The notes under the pieces were generated by a model. It worked only from the letters and a program-made list of their open reading frames with translations. It did not search any database and was not told where the DNA came from. Below, piece after piece: positions 63,539 to 64,000 of a stretch of DNA of 64,000 nt; the stretch's first letter is position 1, and each line of letters begins with the position of its first letter. A program made the position numbers and the translations under genes. Source of the stretch: an uncultured Actinomycetes bacterium (GTDB taxonomy: Bacteria; Actinomycetota; Thermoleophilia; Gaiellales; Gaiellaceae); the NCBI GenBank assembly GCA_963834825.1, contig CAWICZ010000010.1:47266-111265 (forward strand), given 5' to 3'.

Positions 63539-64000
63539 GTGGTTGCGGCCGACATTCATGAGCTGGAGTGGCAGTTCGACGCCCTGGACCTGCGTCCGGT
63601 CGTCCGCTGGTTGGAGGAATACGCCGCTGACGCCGGTCCCGGGACCCCGACGATCGCACGGGCCCGCACGGTCAACCAGATCGACCTCTACCTCGACACA
63701 GACGACCGGCGTTTCCACCGGGCCGGGTACACGCTCCGCATCCGCAGCGCTGCACGGCGCGTGAACCCAGAGGGCGAGGTGACGCTCAAGGCACTCGGCT
63801 CGGTGCCGACAGGAGCCGGCCCGCGCGAGCGGCGCGAGCTGTCCGAGCCGCTCGAGCGTCCGGACCCCAAGCTTCTCGGCAACGTAAACGGGCCGGTCGG
63901 CCGGCGGGTACGCGCCGTGGCGGGCAGGCGGCGGATCGCGCCGTTGTTCGAGGTACGTACGCGTCGTCGGATCTACTCGCTCGGGTCGGCCGGGCACTCA
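63539..64000 (+). CDS. CYTH domain protein (probably CYTH-CHAD), 5-prime partial, continues past the window end
   Basis: A GTG at 63539 opens VVAADIHELEWQFDALDLRPVVRWL...IDLYLDTDDRRFHRAGYTLRIR...EVTLK. The frame stays open to the end. Confidence 0.6.
   Translation, partial: MVAADIHELEWQFDALDLRPVVRWLEEYAADAGPGTPTIARARTVNQIDLYLDTDDRRFHRAGYTLRIRSAARRVNPEGEVTLKALGSVPTGAGPRERRELSEPLERPDPKLLGNVNGPVGRRVRAVAGRRRIAPLFEVRTRRRIYSLGSAGHS

Overview
This is a very high-GC, actinobacterial-type chromosomal segment with about 75 supportable features. All product calls come from reading motifs in the supplied translations. No BLAST, HMM or RNA-folding tool was run.

Layout:
- 0-8 kb: housekeeping-like genes (S8 protease, ECF sigma, M55 peptidase, SDR, homocysteine-MT/MTHFR fusion, MarP-like protease), ending at an intact tRNA-Asp(GUC) at 7988-8061.
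- tRNA copies: the 3-prime half of this tRNA recurs at 14958-15003 and 35682-35730. The repeats delimit two segments in the manner of att sites.
- Segment 1 (8.06-15.0 kb): visibly lower GC. It holds a tight three-gene operon encoding a small polytopic membrane protein, a 992-aa FtsH-like AAA+/M41 protease with no transmembrane anchor and a roughly 560-aa unassigned N-region, and a 785-aa beta-helix-like repeat protein. The repeat protein shares a paralogous domain with the protease, and its C-terminal membrane module is knocked out of frame. This operon is my best candidate for an undescribed system.
- Segment 2 (15.0-35.7 kb): sulfatase, small membrane and SHOCT-like proteins, a broken MalT/LuxR regulator, a two-component system, an MBL hydrolase with COG0523 GTPase, ion transporters, and a Pro/Gly decapeptide-repeat microprotein. 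It also contains seven copies of the perfect palindrome TTCACCCGGGTGAA (one copy has a mismatch). Each copy has a C-rich pentamer (CACCC/CGCCC/TCCCC) exactly 10 nt to one side, and no full copy was seen elsewhere in the window.
- 35.7-64 kb: stand-alone LigD polymerase domain, sigma factor, three tandem epoxide hydrolases, redox enzymes, TetR and MarR regulators, a 2.36-kb tandem duplication (channel tail, sulfatase, HAD hydrolase) with one decayed copy, membrane proteins, and CHRD, DHFR-like, GNAT, Fe-S and CYTH genes.

Caveats:
- At least 14 frame breaks are all of the single-base-insertion type, so assembly error and pseudogenisation cannot be separated from the sequence alone.
- No CRISPR array, rRNA, recognisable integrase or transposase was found.
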